This document shows positions 9,389-18,348 of a DNA stretch of 64,000 nucleotides, piece by piece (the first letter of the stretch is position 1; every line of letters begins with the position of its first letter). This DNA comes from an uncultured Eubacteriales bacterium (GTDB lineage Bacteria > Acidobacteriota > Aminicenantia > Aminicenantales > Aminicenantaceae). A program made the translations under genes and the position numbers. The notes under the pieces are model-generated. The model was not told the DNA's origin and did no database searches. It saw only the letters and a program-made list of their open reading frames with translations. The stretch is taken from assembly GCA_964580235.1 (NCBI GenBank), contig CAZOJY010000003.1:934-64933 (forward strand), given 5' to 3'.

Positions 9389-10891
9389 TTGAACAATAAA
9401 GCGCGCATCCTGGTTGTTGATGATGAAATGGGAATCCGGGAGGGCTGCAAACGGGCCCTATCTGAGGAGGGTTATGCGGTTGATGATGCAGAGGATGGCC
9501 AGGCCGGGCTCCAGAAAGTGCAGGAGAATGGCTACGATCTTATCCTTGTGGATCTGATGATGCCTGGGGTAGGAGGCATGGACCTTATAAAAAAAATTCA
9601 TCATATGAACCCTGAAATCATTATGGTGGTGATCACAGGTTACGCGACGATCGAAACAGCGGTGGAGGCGACAAAACTGGGCGCATATGATTATCTCCCA
9701 AAACCCTTCTCACCTGAGGCACTGGCTGCGGTCGTCAAGCGTGGGCTGGAAAAGAGATTCCTCAGCCTCGAAGCGAAAAAACTTCATGCCGAGAGAGCTC
9801 AGAGGTTGTTGGAACTCGTGAATGAAAGGAGCCGGCTGAGGACCATCATCGGGTGCATGGCTGACGGCGTATTGGTGGCCAATCTGGAAGGGCGGCTGGT
9901 CCTCTGGAATGCCTCCAGCATCAAGATGTTAAAGTCCAGAGGTTTTGATGTTGCCGGAGAGCCTCTCGAATATTACATTGAGAATGAGCCGCTCATTGCC
10001 GCGATCAAAGAGGTCCTGGATTCGGAGGATAAGGGCTTTTCAATGGTGAGCCGTGAGATTTCCGCTCAGGATCAAAAGGTTATTTTGATGGCCAACATAG
10101 CACCTATCAGGGATGAGAACGGCCAAATCCTGGGAGCGGTGACGGTTCTCCGAGACATTACGGCGCTCAAGGAAATTAACAAGATAAAGTCACAATTTGT
10201 CTCGATGGTTGCCCATGAGCTCAGGGCTCCGCTGGCTGCGATCAAAGGGTGGTTGGAGATAATTCTCTCTGGCGAGGCCGGAGGAGATGCGGAGCAGAAT
10301 GAGAAATGGCTCCATCGGGCTATGGATCGTTCTGACTCATTATTGACTCTGGTGAATGATCTTCTTGTGATCAACCGGATGGAATCAGGCAAAATTGTAC
10401 AAAAGATGGAACCAGTAAAAATAAATGATATTATCAACAAAATCGTGGATTTTTTGAGACCGGATGCCAAAAAACACAAGGTGTCTATCAAGACCGAATT
10501 AAAGGAAGAGCTTCCCTCTATTCAGGCTGATGTTGGAGAAATGGAAAAGCTTTTCACCAACTTAATCAGCAATGCGATTAAATATAATAAGGAGAATGGA
10601 TCTGTTACCATACTAGGGAAGGTTAAAGGAAACTTTGTCCAATATGGGGTAAAGGACACAGGAATCGGAATTTCGGCCGAACACCTCTCCCGCATCTTTG
10701 ATGATTTCTACCGGGCTAATGATGAGAGGACAAAAAAGATTCCTGGGACAGGTCTCGGTCTCACGATTGCCAAAAAAATCGTTAATTCCCATTTCGGACG
10801 CATCGAGGCGGAAAGCGAACCAGGCAAAGGAAGCCTCTTTTCTGTGTGCCTTCCCCTTAAGCATCGAAGAGACAATGAGGTAAAAAAATGA
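9389..10891 (+). CDS. Hybrid REC-PAS-histidine kinase
   Basis: ORF 9308-10891. I prefer the TTG at 9389 (LNNKARILVVDDEMG) because it sits 2 nt after the previous stop and follows AAGAGGA. REC domain (LILVDLMMPG), PAS-like middle region, H-box SMVAHELRAPL and HATPase_c (KDTGIGI, GTGLGL). Confidence 0.82.
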   Translation: MNNKARILVVDDEMGIREGCKRALSEEGYAVDDAEDGQAGLQKVQENGYDLILVDLMMPGVGGMDLIKKIHHMNPEIIMVVITGYATIETAVEATKLGAYDYLPKPFSPEALAAVVKRGLEKRFLSLEAKKLHAERAQRLLELVNERSRLRTIIGCMADGVLVANLEGRLVLWNASSIKMLKSRGFDVAGEPLEYYIENEPLIAAIKEVLDSEDKGFSMVSREISAQDQKVILMANIAPIRDENGQILGAVTVLRDITALKEINKIKSQFVSMVAHELRAPLAAIKGWLEIILSGEAGGDAEQNEKWLHRAMDRSDSLLTLVNDLLVINRMESGKIVQKMEPVKINDIINKIVDFLRPDAKKHKVSIKTELKEELPSIQADVGEMEKLFTNLISNAIKYNKENGSVTILGKVKGNFVQYGVKDTGIGISAEHLSRIFDDFYRANDERTKKIPGTGLGLTIAKKIVNSHFGRIEAESEPGKGSLFSVCLPLKHRRDNEVKK

Positions 10892-13191
10892 CTTCCAGCG
10901 CAAAACACAAGCTTAACGCAATTGTTCATAAGGAAAGCATAGCCCCCTCCATCACGCTATTTAAAATTTACACCCCTGTCGTGGCCAATGCCGTGAAAGC
11001 CGGACAGTTTGTCGTTGTGAGAACCGATGATTATGCAGAGAGAGTTCCTCTGACTGTAGCTGATAAAGACCTGAAAGAAGAAACCATCACCCTGATTGTA
11101 CAGATTGTGGGGACAGCCACACGAAAAATGGATTCCCTGAAACAGGGGGATTCTTTTCTTGACGTTGTTGGCCCTTTGGGAAAGGCGACAGAGATCACAA
11201 AAGGGGGAACTGTGGCGTGTATCGGAGGAGGTGTTGGAGTTGCTCCTGTCTATCCGATCACCCGAGCGTTTAAAGAGGCCGGAAATCGTATTATCTCTAT
11301 CGTCGGTGCGCGAACGAAGGAAATGCTTATCCTGGAAGAGGAGATGCGGGCTTTAAGCGATGAGCTTTATATCGCCACAGATGATGGATCGGAGGGGCAT
11401 CATGGCTTCGTGACAGATGTTCTCAAGAAAATTCTAGCAGACGGGACTGAGATTAATGAGGTCGTGGCCATAGGCCCAGGAATCATGATGAAAGCCGTTG
11501 CCGATATTACCAGAGAGCCAGGTATCAAAACCATCGTGAGCCTCAACTCTCTGATGGTGGATGGGACCGGGATGTGCGGGGGATGCCGGATCTCTGTCGG
11601 AGGAGAAAGAAAATTTGTTTGTGTGGATGGGCCTGAATTCGACGGTCATCAGGTCGATTTTAACGAACTCATGCAGCGCTCGGAGATGTATGTCCGGGAA
11701 GAACATCGGGCCATGTGGGATTATGAGTGCCGTTTACAGCAAGCTGCGGATAAGTTAAAAAGGGCAAATAAACGGGAGCCCATGCCCAAGCAGGATCCAA
11801 AAATGAGGATAAAGAATTTTGACGAGGTGGCTTTGGGGTATTCCCGGGAGCAGGCCATGCGGGAAGCCTCCCGCTGCCTCCAGTGCAAAAAGCCCTTTTG
11901 TGTGGAGGGATGCCCTGTGGACATCGACATCCCCGCCTTCATCGCCAAAATAAAAGAAGGGGATTTTATGGGAGCCATTCATAAAATCAAAGAAAAAAAT
12001 AGCCTGCCTGCTGTCTGCGGCCGGGTATGCCCTCAGGAGGAACAGTGCGAAATAAAGTGCATCCTCGGGAAGAAAAAAGATCCTGTTGCCATAGGCCGAT
12101 TGGAGCGGTTTGTTGCGGACTATGAGTTTGACCTGGGTGAAGTGCGAGTCCCGAAGCTGCCGAAATCGACCGGGAAAAAAGTTGCTGTGATCGGAGCTGG
12201 CCCCGCAGGACTGTCCGCTGCGGGAGAGCTGTGCAAAATCGGCCACAAAGTTACAGTTTTTGAAGCTCTTCATGCCCCGGGAGGGGTGCTTGTCTATGGG
12301 ATCCCGGAGTTTCGTCTCCCAAAGAGGATTGTTCAGAGGGAGAGCGATTATATCGGCAAGTTGGGCGCGGACATCAAGGTCAGCTATATCGTAGGCAAGG
12401 CCAAAACCGTGGATCGGCTTCTTCAGAATGGATACGATGCCGTGTTTATCGGAACAGGGGCGGGATTGCCTCATTTTCTGAACATTCCTGGAGAGAATTT
12501 GAACGGCGTTTATTCGGCAAACGAGTTTCTGACCCGGGTGAATCTGATGAAGGCGTATCTCTTTCCGGAATACAATACTCCCATTCGGCTGGGAAAAAAA
12601 ATTGCTGTTATCGGCGGGGGAAACGTAGCTATGGATTCAGCGCGGACTTCGCTTCGCCTGGGCGCTGAGAAAGTCTACTTGGTTTACCGGAGATCCCGCG
12701 AGGAAATGCCGGCGCGGGATGAGGAAATCGAGAATGCTTTTGAAGAAGGGATTGAGCCCCGTCTGTTGACAAATCCAATCCGGATTCTCGGAAATGAAAA
12801 AGGGTGGGTGAAGGGATTGGAATGTGTTCAGATGGAATTGACAGAGCCGGATGATTCCGGCCGGAGGCGTCCCGTTGCGATCGAGGGCACGGAATTTGTC
12901 ATCGATGCGGATATGGTGGTCGTGGCCATCGGTCAGGGTCCAAATCCGTTGTTGACCTCGACAACACCCGACTTGAAACTGACCAGGTGGGGCAACATCG
13001 TTGCCGATGAAGACACAGGGAGAACATCTAAAAAAGGTGTGTTTGCCGGCGGTGATATCGTCACAGGGGCGGCTACGGTGATCCTCGCAATGGGGGCGGG
13101 CAAGAAGGCGGCCCGATCCATCGATCAGTACCTGAAAGACGGCAAGTGGGGGGGGTGCTTAGATCCTCAATGTCGCTCAAGACATGCCTGA
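10888..13191 (+). CDS. Fused NfnA-NfnB-type NAD(P)H/ferredoxin oxidoreductase (DHOD-B electron-transfer-subunit-like domain plus GltD-like domain)
   Basis: 767 aa. The N-half is an FAD/NAD-binding ferredoxin-reductase fold with GGGVGVAP and a C-terminal CGGCR...C [2Fe-2S] motif. The C-half has the GltD/NfnB motifs RCLQCKKPFCVEGCPV, CGRVCPQEEQCE and VAVIGAGPAGLSAA. ATGA overlap with the upstream kinase gene (10888-10891). Confidence 0.85.
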   Translation: MTSSAKHKLNAIVHKESIAPSITLFKIYTPVVANAVKAGQFVVVRTDDYAERVPLTVADKDLKEETITLIVQIVGTATRKMDSLKQGDSFLDVVGPLGKATEITKGGTVACIGGGVGVAPVYPITRAFKEAGNRIISIVGARTKEMLILEEEMRALSDELYIATDDGSEGHHGFVTDVLKKILADGTEINEVVAIGPGIMMKAVADITREPGIKTIVSLNSLMVDGTGMCGGCRISVGGERKFVCVDGPEFDGHQVDFNELMQRSEMYVREEHRAMWDYECRLQQAADKLKRANKREPMPKQDPKMRIKNFDEVALGYSREQAMREASRCLQCKKPFCVEGCPVDIDIPAFIAKIKEGDFMGAIHKIKEKNSLPAVCGRVCPQEEQCEIKCILGKKKDPVAIGRLERFVADYEFDLGEVRVPKLPKSTGKKVAVIGAGPAGLSAAGELCKIGHKVTVFEALHAPGGVLVYGIPEFRLPKRIVQRESDYIGKLGADIKVSYIVGKAKTVDRLLQNGYDAVFIGTGAGLPHFLNIPGENLNGVYSANEFLTRVNLMKAYLFPEYNTPIRLGKKIAVIGGGNVAMDSARTSLRLGAEKVYLVYRRSREEMPARDEEIENAFEEGIEPRLLTNPIRILGNEKGWVKGLECVQMELTEPDDSGRRRPVAIEGTEFVIDADMVVVAIGQGPNPLLTSTTPDLKLTRWGNIVADEDTGRTSKKGVFAGGDIVTGAATVILAMGAGKKAARSIDQYLKDGKWGGCLDPQCRSRHA

Positions 13192-13205
13192 TGGAAAGAG
13201 GGGGA

Positions 13206-13793
13206 TTATTTGAGGCGGATGATGTCCAAAATCTTTATTTGCGGATTGAGCATCTGGCCATCTGCAGACTGCTGATGAATTTTTTTGACAACTTTCATTC
13301 CAGATACCACCTTGCCGAAAGCGGCAAAGCCCTGTCCGTCCGAGTTGCGTTGGCCTCCAAAATCCAGCCCGGGCTGGTCTCCGACACAGATGAAAAACTC
13401 CGAAGAGGCTGTGCCGGGTTTTGATCTGGCCATGGAGATCACGCCGTCCTTGTGAAGGATTCCGGTTCGATCTGTTGTTTCGTGTTCGATGGGAGGAAGC
13501 CTGTTTCCCTGCGTCTCCGGAGTCAGCCCTCCCTGGATGACTTCGATCTTGATTTTTTGATTGGGCTGGTTGTCCGTTGTGACAACGCGGTAAAAACATC
13601 CGTTCTTGTATCGGCCTTCATCCACGTACTTCAGGAAATTGGCGGCTGTGATGGGAACGTCCTGTTCGTAGATTTCAACTGTGATATTCCCCAGTTCTGT
13701 TTTGATTAAAACACGAGGATTTTCCGCTCCTCCCGCCCATAACAGAAAACAACTTATCGCAATTAAACTGAACAGCATCCAAAATAGTCTCAT
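13206..13793 (-). CDS. Exported cyclophilin-type peptidyl-prolyl cis-trans isomerase
   Basis: 195 aa with a signal peptide (MRLFWMLFSLIAISCFLLWAGG). Cyclophilin motifs PITAANFLKYV, FYRVV, GVISMARS and SEFFICVGD. Confidence 0.9.
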   Translation of the reverse strand: MRLFWMLFSLIAISCFLLWAGGAENPRVLIKTELGNITVEIYEQDVPITAANFLKYVDEGRYKNGCFYRVVTTDNQPNQKIKIEVIQGGLTPETQGNRLPPIEHETTDRTGILHKDGVISMARSKPGTASSEFFICVGDQPGLDFGGQRNSDGQGFAAFGKVVSGMKVVKKIHQQSADGQMLNPQIKILDIIRLK

Positions 13794-13873
13794 TTTTTCT
13801 CCTTGTGATTCCTCTTTATTCCATTTACATTATCAAAAAACTGGGCCAAAACTCAATGAATCTGAATGATTCA

Positions 13874-13951
13874 TAAAAAATGCTGATACCAACATATTTT
13901 TCAAAAAAATAAATCTATATATCTATTTTATATACACATCAGCATTTTTTA
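13874..13951. repeat. 14-bp perfect inverted repeat (TAAAAAATGCTGAT ... ATCAGCATTTTTTA) separated by 50 nt
   Basis: Read directly: arms 13874-13887 and 13938-13951 are exact reverse complements. Located in the 357-bp divergent intergenic region between the cyclophilin and VKOR-DsbA genes. Confidence 0.4.
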
Positions 13952-14150
13952 CCCTTCGGGCGAGTCAATCTCACCATATCGCCTTCATTGCAGCCTGTTC
14001 ACGGTAGTACACTACAGCTTCACAGGCCACTTCTTTGCCGCTGCAGCAATCTCAACTCGTGAATAATCCAGGTGAAATGACTTCTAAAAATATTTCCCCA
14101 TACCCTTGATTCAGAAGGGAAAAATCGATACTCTTAATTGACATAGTTGA

Positions 14151-15434
14151 TTGAACTGGCCAGAGGAGCATCTGATGGCAAAAACATTGACTCTGGATGG
14201 TGTGCGATGGCCCCGAATTCTGAGCTTTTTCTCCGGGATCGGGATGGTGGCTGCCGCAGTCCTGACAATGAGACATTTTTTTCTCGCCAACTATCCCAAA
14301 ACCATATTCGAAGGATCATTCTGCGACATCAGCGCCTTTTTTAACTGTGACAGTTCTGCTTTTTCTGCTATTTCCCAGGTTATGGGAATTCCTCTAGGCT
14401 ATTTTGGAATAATTGTCGGAGCACTTGTGGCTCTTGGCGCTGTTTTTCCTTCGGAAAGCTTTGAACGCACCAATTCCTTTATTGCCTTGCTCAATATCCT
14501 GGGCGTTATCGTGCTCCTTGTCTACTCTGTGTTCTTCATGGGTAGCCTGTGTCTCCTCTGCACGGGCTTCTACATTTTTTCTCTGCTGAGTTTTTATCTT
14601 TTTTGGAGATATGGAATCGGCCGGAAACGAAGAGGTTCTTTATTGTCTTTTTTTCGGCCCTCTCCTAAGATGCTTGTGACTTTTGCGTGTTTCACGGTCC
14701 TCGGGGCTTACGGGATGGTGCTGTATCATCAAGCAATAAAGGATGCCCAGGCGGCGGTGACCTTACGAATTATCAAACAGTTCCGCGAGCTCCCTGTTGT
14801 CGGCAATCCCAGCATCATTTCCCCCTATTGGACAGTCCAGTCGAGTGAATATTTTGAGGATGTCCCCATCCAGGTTATCGAGTTTGCAGATTTTCTCTGT
14901 CCGGACTGTTTATTTCTCAGTCAAGAATTCGACAAATTAAAAGAGGAATTCGCCGGGAAGATCAATATCGCTTATCAGTTCTTTCCGCTTGAGGGACTTT
15001 GTAACTCGGTCGTCCGCGAAAAGGATATTCATCACGGGGCCTGTGAGCTGGCTTATATTGCGGCATACGACCCGGCCCAATTCGCCGCAATCCATGATGA
15101 AATTTTCGCCAACTTTAACGAGGCCAGAAATCCGGAATGGCGCCGGGAATTGGCGGCCAAATACAACGTGGAAGAGGCCTTTAGCGACCCCGTTACCCAG
15201 GAGATTGTACGTTCCATTGTCAATACTGGAATGGAGTATGAAAAAACCTCTGACCAATATGCCTACGGCATCCGCTCCACGCCGACCATGATAATCAACG
15301 GCCGGATGATTATCGGAACCCTGCCCTATGAACAAATGCGGGCGATATTCCAGGACCTTGTTGACGAATTCGAGGGACGATCAAGATTTCTAGAGCAGTG
15401 GGTTCCGCCCAAAGGCCGAAAAGTCAAACAATAA
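14151..15434 (+). CDS. VKOR-family membrane oxidoreductase fused to a DsbA-like thioredoxin domain
   Basis: 427 aa (an alternative ATG at 14175 gives MAKTLTL...). About five TM helices with the VKOR loop Cys pair (CDISAFFNCDS) and CxxC (LCLLCTG). The C-terminal thioredoxin fold has FADFLCPDCLF. Confidence 0.8.
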   Translation: MNWPEEHLMAKTLTLDGVRWPRILSFFSGIGMVAAAVLTMRHFFLANYPKTIFEGSFCDISAFFNCDSSAFSAISQVMGIPLGYFGIIVGALVALGAVFPSESFERTNSFIALLNILGVIVLLVYSVFFMGSLCLLCTGFYIFSLLSFYLFWRYGIGRKRRGSLLSFFRPSPKMLVTFACFTVLGAYGMVLYHQAIKDAQAAVTLRIIKQFRELPVVGNPSIISPYWTVQSSEYFEDVPIQVIEFADFLCPDCLFLSQEFDKLKEEFAGKINIAYQFFPLEGLCNSVVREKDIHHGACELAYIAAYDPAQFAAIHDEIFANFNEARNPEWRRELAAKYNVEEAFSDPVTQEIVRSIVNTGMEYEKTSDQYAYGIRSTPTMIINGRMIIGTLPYEQMRAIFQDLVDEFEGRSRFLEQWVPPKGRKVKQ

Positions 15435-15512
15435 TTTTGTTTGTGTTATCTTGAATGATTTTTGCGAATGGGTGCTGGATAGGGTACTACCTTATGGAGC
15501 TTCCCATATATT

Positions 15513-16949
15513 CTATATCGGGAAACGGATGAGAAAAGATGTCCCTTGGTTTACTTGGCTTGTAACTTGGATTTCCCCACCGTGGCAGTCGGCCACCCTT
15601 TTGACGATCGAAAGGCCCAGCCCCAGACCTCCCGTTTCCTTTGAGCGGGATTTGTCCACCACATAAAAACGGTCAAAAATCAGTGGGAGGGAATCCTCGG
15701 GGATGCCGATACCCGTATCATGGATATGGAGGGTGATCGAGCTTTCCTTCGCTTCCAGAGTGATCTCCACTTTTCCTTCTGATGGCGTGTAACGGATAGC
15801 ATTGTCGATGATGTTGGCAATCATCCTTTCTATCAGGATTTCTTCCCCTTTGATAAGAGCGGGCTCGACCTTCTTGATTTCCAAAGCGATACCCTTCTTT
15901 TTTGCGGCAAGTTCCTGACTTTCCACGACTTTCAAGAGTATTTCATCCAGTTTGGCTGTTTTATCGAACTCCTTTTTTTTCAAGGCTTCGATACGGGATA
16001 GGAAGAGCAGGTCGTCAATAATCCGTTCCAGATAGGCGGCTTCCTCGAGCGTGCTTTTTAATGTTTTTTGGTACTCTTCTGTGTTACGTTCTTTCCGGAG
16101 AAGCACTTCGATCTCCCCCCGGATTATGGTAAGTGGAGTTCTCAACTCGTGGGAGACATCGCCGCTGAACTGTTTGATTTTTTTGACCGATTTTTCCAAG
16201 CGGGAAATCATATCATTGAAGGTGTCCACCAGTTCCCCGATTTCATCTTGGCGGCGCCCCGAATCGATCCGCAATGACAAATCATCGGCGGAAATATCCC
16301 TGGCCGTCTGCACGACACTCTTGACCGGTTTCAACGCCTTCCGGATGATGAAATTTCCTCCCAATGATGCCAGCAGCATCAGCAGCCCTCCCGCAAGGAT
16401 CATGATGATCATGAGTCGGCGGAGCGCAAACTCGGTGCCCTCCAGCGATATCCCAACCTGGATGATATTGGGTCCTCTCACCGGAAAAAGAATAACGCGA
16501 AGGGGATAAGCACTCAGTTTTTTATCTTCTGTTGTTTCGTAAATCAGATTGTCGATATCGGAGCGATCGGCTCTATAATAAGTTTTTTTGTCAAATAAAA
16601 AACTCTCTTCCTCAAAGGAAGATGTATGAATCACTTTTTCGATTTTTTTCTCTCCCCGTTCCTGCAGTTTTACCAATTGAATGAACGGCCGGTAAGTTTG
16701 GAATTTTATCGTGGCCTTCTGGATGGCATCTTCCCATGATACTCCCCGCTTACGATACCAGGATTCGTAAGTCTCGTCAGCAATCTCGAGCAGCTTGCCA
16801 TCGAGTTCATCGATAAGGCTGTCTTTAAATCCCTGATACTGAATGACTCCAGCCAAAACGATGATCCCCCCCAGGATAATGATGTACCACAAAGTTAATT
16901 TAAAGCTTAGAGATTTGAATTTTTTAATTTTCATCGATCCGAAATCCAT
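15513..16949 (-). CDS. Membrane sensor histidine kinase (HAMP-HisKA-HATPase, BaeS/CusS-like architecture)
   Basis: 478 aa. Two TM helices flank a ~150-aa periplasmic loop. HAMP region, H-box SGDVSHELRTPL, HATPase_c (HDTGIGI, GGLGLGL). The start overlaps the end of the upstream regulator gene; ATG 16934 is an alternative start. Confidence 0.85.
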   Translation of the reverse strand: MDFGSMKIKKFKSLSFKLTLWYIIILGGIIVLAGVIQYQGFKDSLIDELDGKLLEIADETYESWYRKRGVSWEDAIQKATIKFQTYRPFIQLVKLQERGEKKIEKVIHTSSFEEESFLFDKKTYYRADRSDIDNLIYETTEDKKLSAYPLRVILFPVRGPNIIQVGISLEGTEFALRRLMIIMILAGGLLMLLASLGGNFIIRKALKPVKSVVQTARDISADDLSLRIDSGRRQDEIGELVDTFNDMISRLEKSVKKIKQFSGDVSHELRTPLTIIRGEIEVLLRKERNTEEYQKTLKSTLEEAAYLERIIDDLLFLSRIEALKKKEFDKTAKLDEILLKVVESQELAAKKKGIALEIKKVEPALIKGEEILIERMIANIIDNAIRYTPSEGKVEITLEAKESSITLHIHDTGIGIPEDSLPLIFDRFYVVDKSRSKETGGLGLGLSIVKRVADCHGGEIQVTSQVNQGTSFLIRFPI

Positions 16950-17595
16950 AGCCGCGGATGGTTAGGATAAGTTTTTTATCAAAATTTTTATCGACCTTGT
17001 TGCGGAGATGATTGATATACACATTTACGACATTGCTTGAACCCACATAATCTATATCCCAGACATGCTCCAGGATCATGGAGGGGGTGACGGTCCGTCC
17101 CCGGTTCCGCAGCAAATACTCCAGCAGAGCATATTCTTTGCCGGTGAGATCGATCTTTTCTCCTGCTCTGGTTACTATCCGCCGCAAGGGATCCAGTTCC
17201 AAATCTCCTGCCTTCAGCTCTTTGGTCTTGTAATCCTGGCTTCTTCTCATGAGAGCCCGGATCCTGGCCAACAGTTCATCAAAGGCAAATGGTTTGGTCA
17301 GGTAGTCATCGGCACCTTCAGAAAGTCCTGTTACCTTGTCTGCAATTTCGTCTTTGGCTGTTAACATGAGGATCGGTGTGAGAATGTCTTTTCGCCTCAT
17401 TTCCCGGCATACTGTAAAGCCGTCCAACCCAGGCAGCATGATATCCAGAATGATCACATCGTAGGGATTAAGCTGGGCCATGTATAAAGCATCGGTTCCA
17501 TTGCGGCACACGTCCACGGCATACTGCTCTTCCTGAAGCCCCCTCTTTAAAAATCCCCCGACTTTTTTGTCATCTTCCACAATCAGGATTCGCAT
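16924..17595 (-). CDS. OmpR-family DNA-binding response regulator
   Basis: ORF extends to 17700, but MRILIVEDD at 17595 gives a canonical 224-aa OmpR-type protein. REC domain (VIILDIMLPGLDG) plus a winged helix (LTGKEYALLEYLLRN...RGYGFRI). Confidence 0.9.
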   Translation of the reverse strand: MRILIVEDDKKVGGFLKRGLQEEQYAVDVCRNGTDALYMAQLNPYDVIILDIMLPGLDGFTVCREMRRKDILTPILMLTAKDEIADKVTGLSEGADDYLTKPFAFDELLARIRALMRRSQDYKTKELKAGDLELDPLRRIVTRAGEKIDLTGKEYALLEYLLRNRGRTVTPSMILEHVWDIDYVGSSNVVNVYINHLRNKVDKNFDKKLILTIRGYGFRIDEN

Positions 17596-17647
17596 GAGTT
17601 TATTATAATTCACGTCCTTTGAAAAAGAAATGGAACCTGGCATGCGC

Positions 17648-18316
17648 TTATTTCTCTGATTTTTTATAGCTGATCGATATTCCACCGCCGCTGGTATCAA
17701 GTGTGGTTTCCATATTGGGTAAACTTCTCACATATTCATAAAATTCTGCCGTCCCGCCGCGCCTGCTTCTCTCTGAAATATTGTGCGCTGTAAAGCACCC
17801 ATCCACTTCAAGTTTTGGATAAACATCAATGAAATAATTTTTGTACCACCCTTTATCAGCATCACTAAAAACAAAATCGAAAGGGCCTTTGAGTTCTTTT
17901 ACCAACGTATGAGCATCCGCCAGTCTTGCATCTATATATTCGGAAAGACCAGCATCTTCGAAATTTGCTAGAGCTTCGCGATATCGATCTTCATCAATTT
18001 CAATTGTGATTAATTTGCCGCCAGTTTTGCTGAGGGCCCAAGCGATCCAAATCCCGGAATGCCCGGTGGATGTCCCGATTTCAAGCGCCCTTTTGTAGTT
18101 GTTTTTGATGATGACGTCATAGAGTATTTTTCCGTCTGATGAAGGAACATTCATATCTCTCCATGAATATCTGTGGCTGTCGAGAAAGTTTTGGACTCTT
18201 TCATCCAGAGTTTGATTTTTCTCTGAGAATTTTAAAATGCCGGATACAGCAATCGGAAAAAAGAAAAGAACTGTCAAAACCAGACTGAGACAATAATGAT
18301 GGATTATGGTTCTCAT
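17648..18316 (-). CDS. Class I SAM-dependent O-methyltransferase (family 3-like) with an N-terminal signal/anchor
   Basis: 222 aa. Hydrophobic N-terminus (LSLVLTVLFFFPIAVSG). SAM motif ALEIGTSTGHSGIWIA. FDFVFSDADK is typical of caffeoyl-CoA O-MT-like enzymes. Confidence 0.72.
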   Translation of the reverse strand: MRTIIHHYCLSLVLTVLFFFPIAVSGILKFSEKNQTLDERVQNFLDSHRYSWRDMNVPSSDGKILYDVIIKNNYKRALEIGTSTGHSGIWIAWALSKTGGKLITIEIDEDRYREALANFEDAGLSEYIDARLADAHTLVKELKGPFDFVFSDADKGWYKNYFIDVYPKLEVDGCFTAHNISERSRRGGTAEFYEYVRSLPNMETTLDTSGGGISISYKKSEK

Positions 18317-18348
18317 TTTTCTATCCTTTTGGTCCTTTTCAATTGAGG

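Noticed and set aside
11755-12474. 239-aa minus-strand ORF inside the NfnAB gene. Similar long antisense ORFs occur at 24279-25160, 27865-28545, 28561-29349, 36539-37264, 36829-37467, 37980-38660, 23592-24275, 60952-61533 and 62293-62952.
   Set aside because: Each lies fully inside a longer ORF on the opposite strand that has strong, recognisable domain motifs. Their translations are low-complexity, Arg/Ser/Pro/Gly-biased, and show no motifs, RBS or sensible gene junctions. They are typical shadow ORFs.
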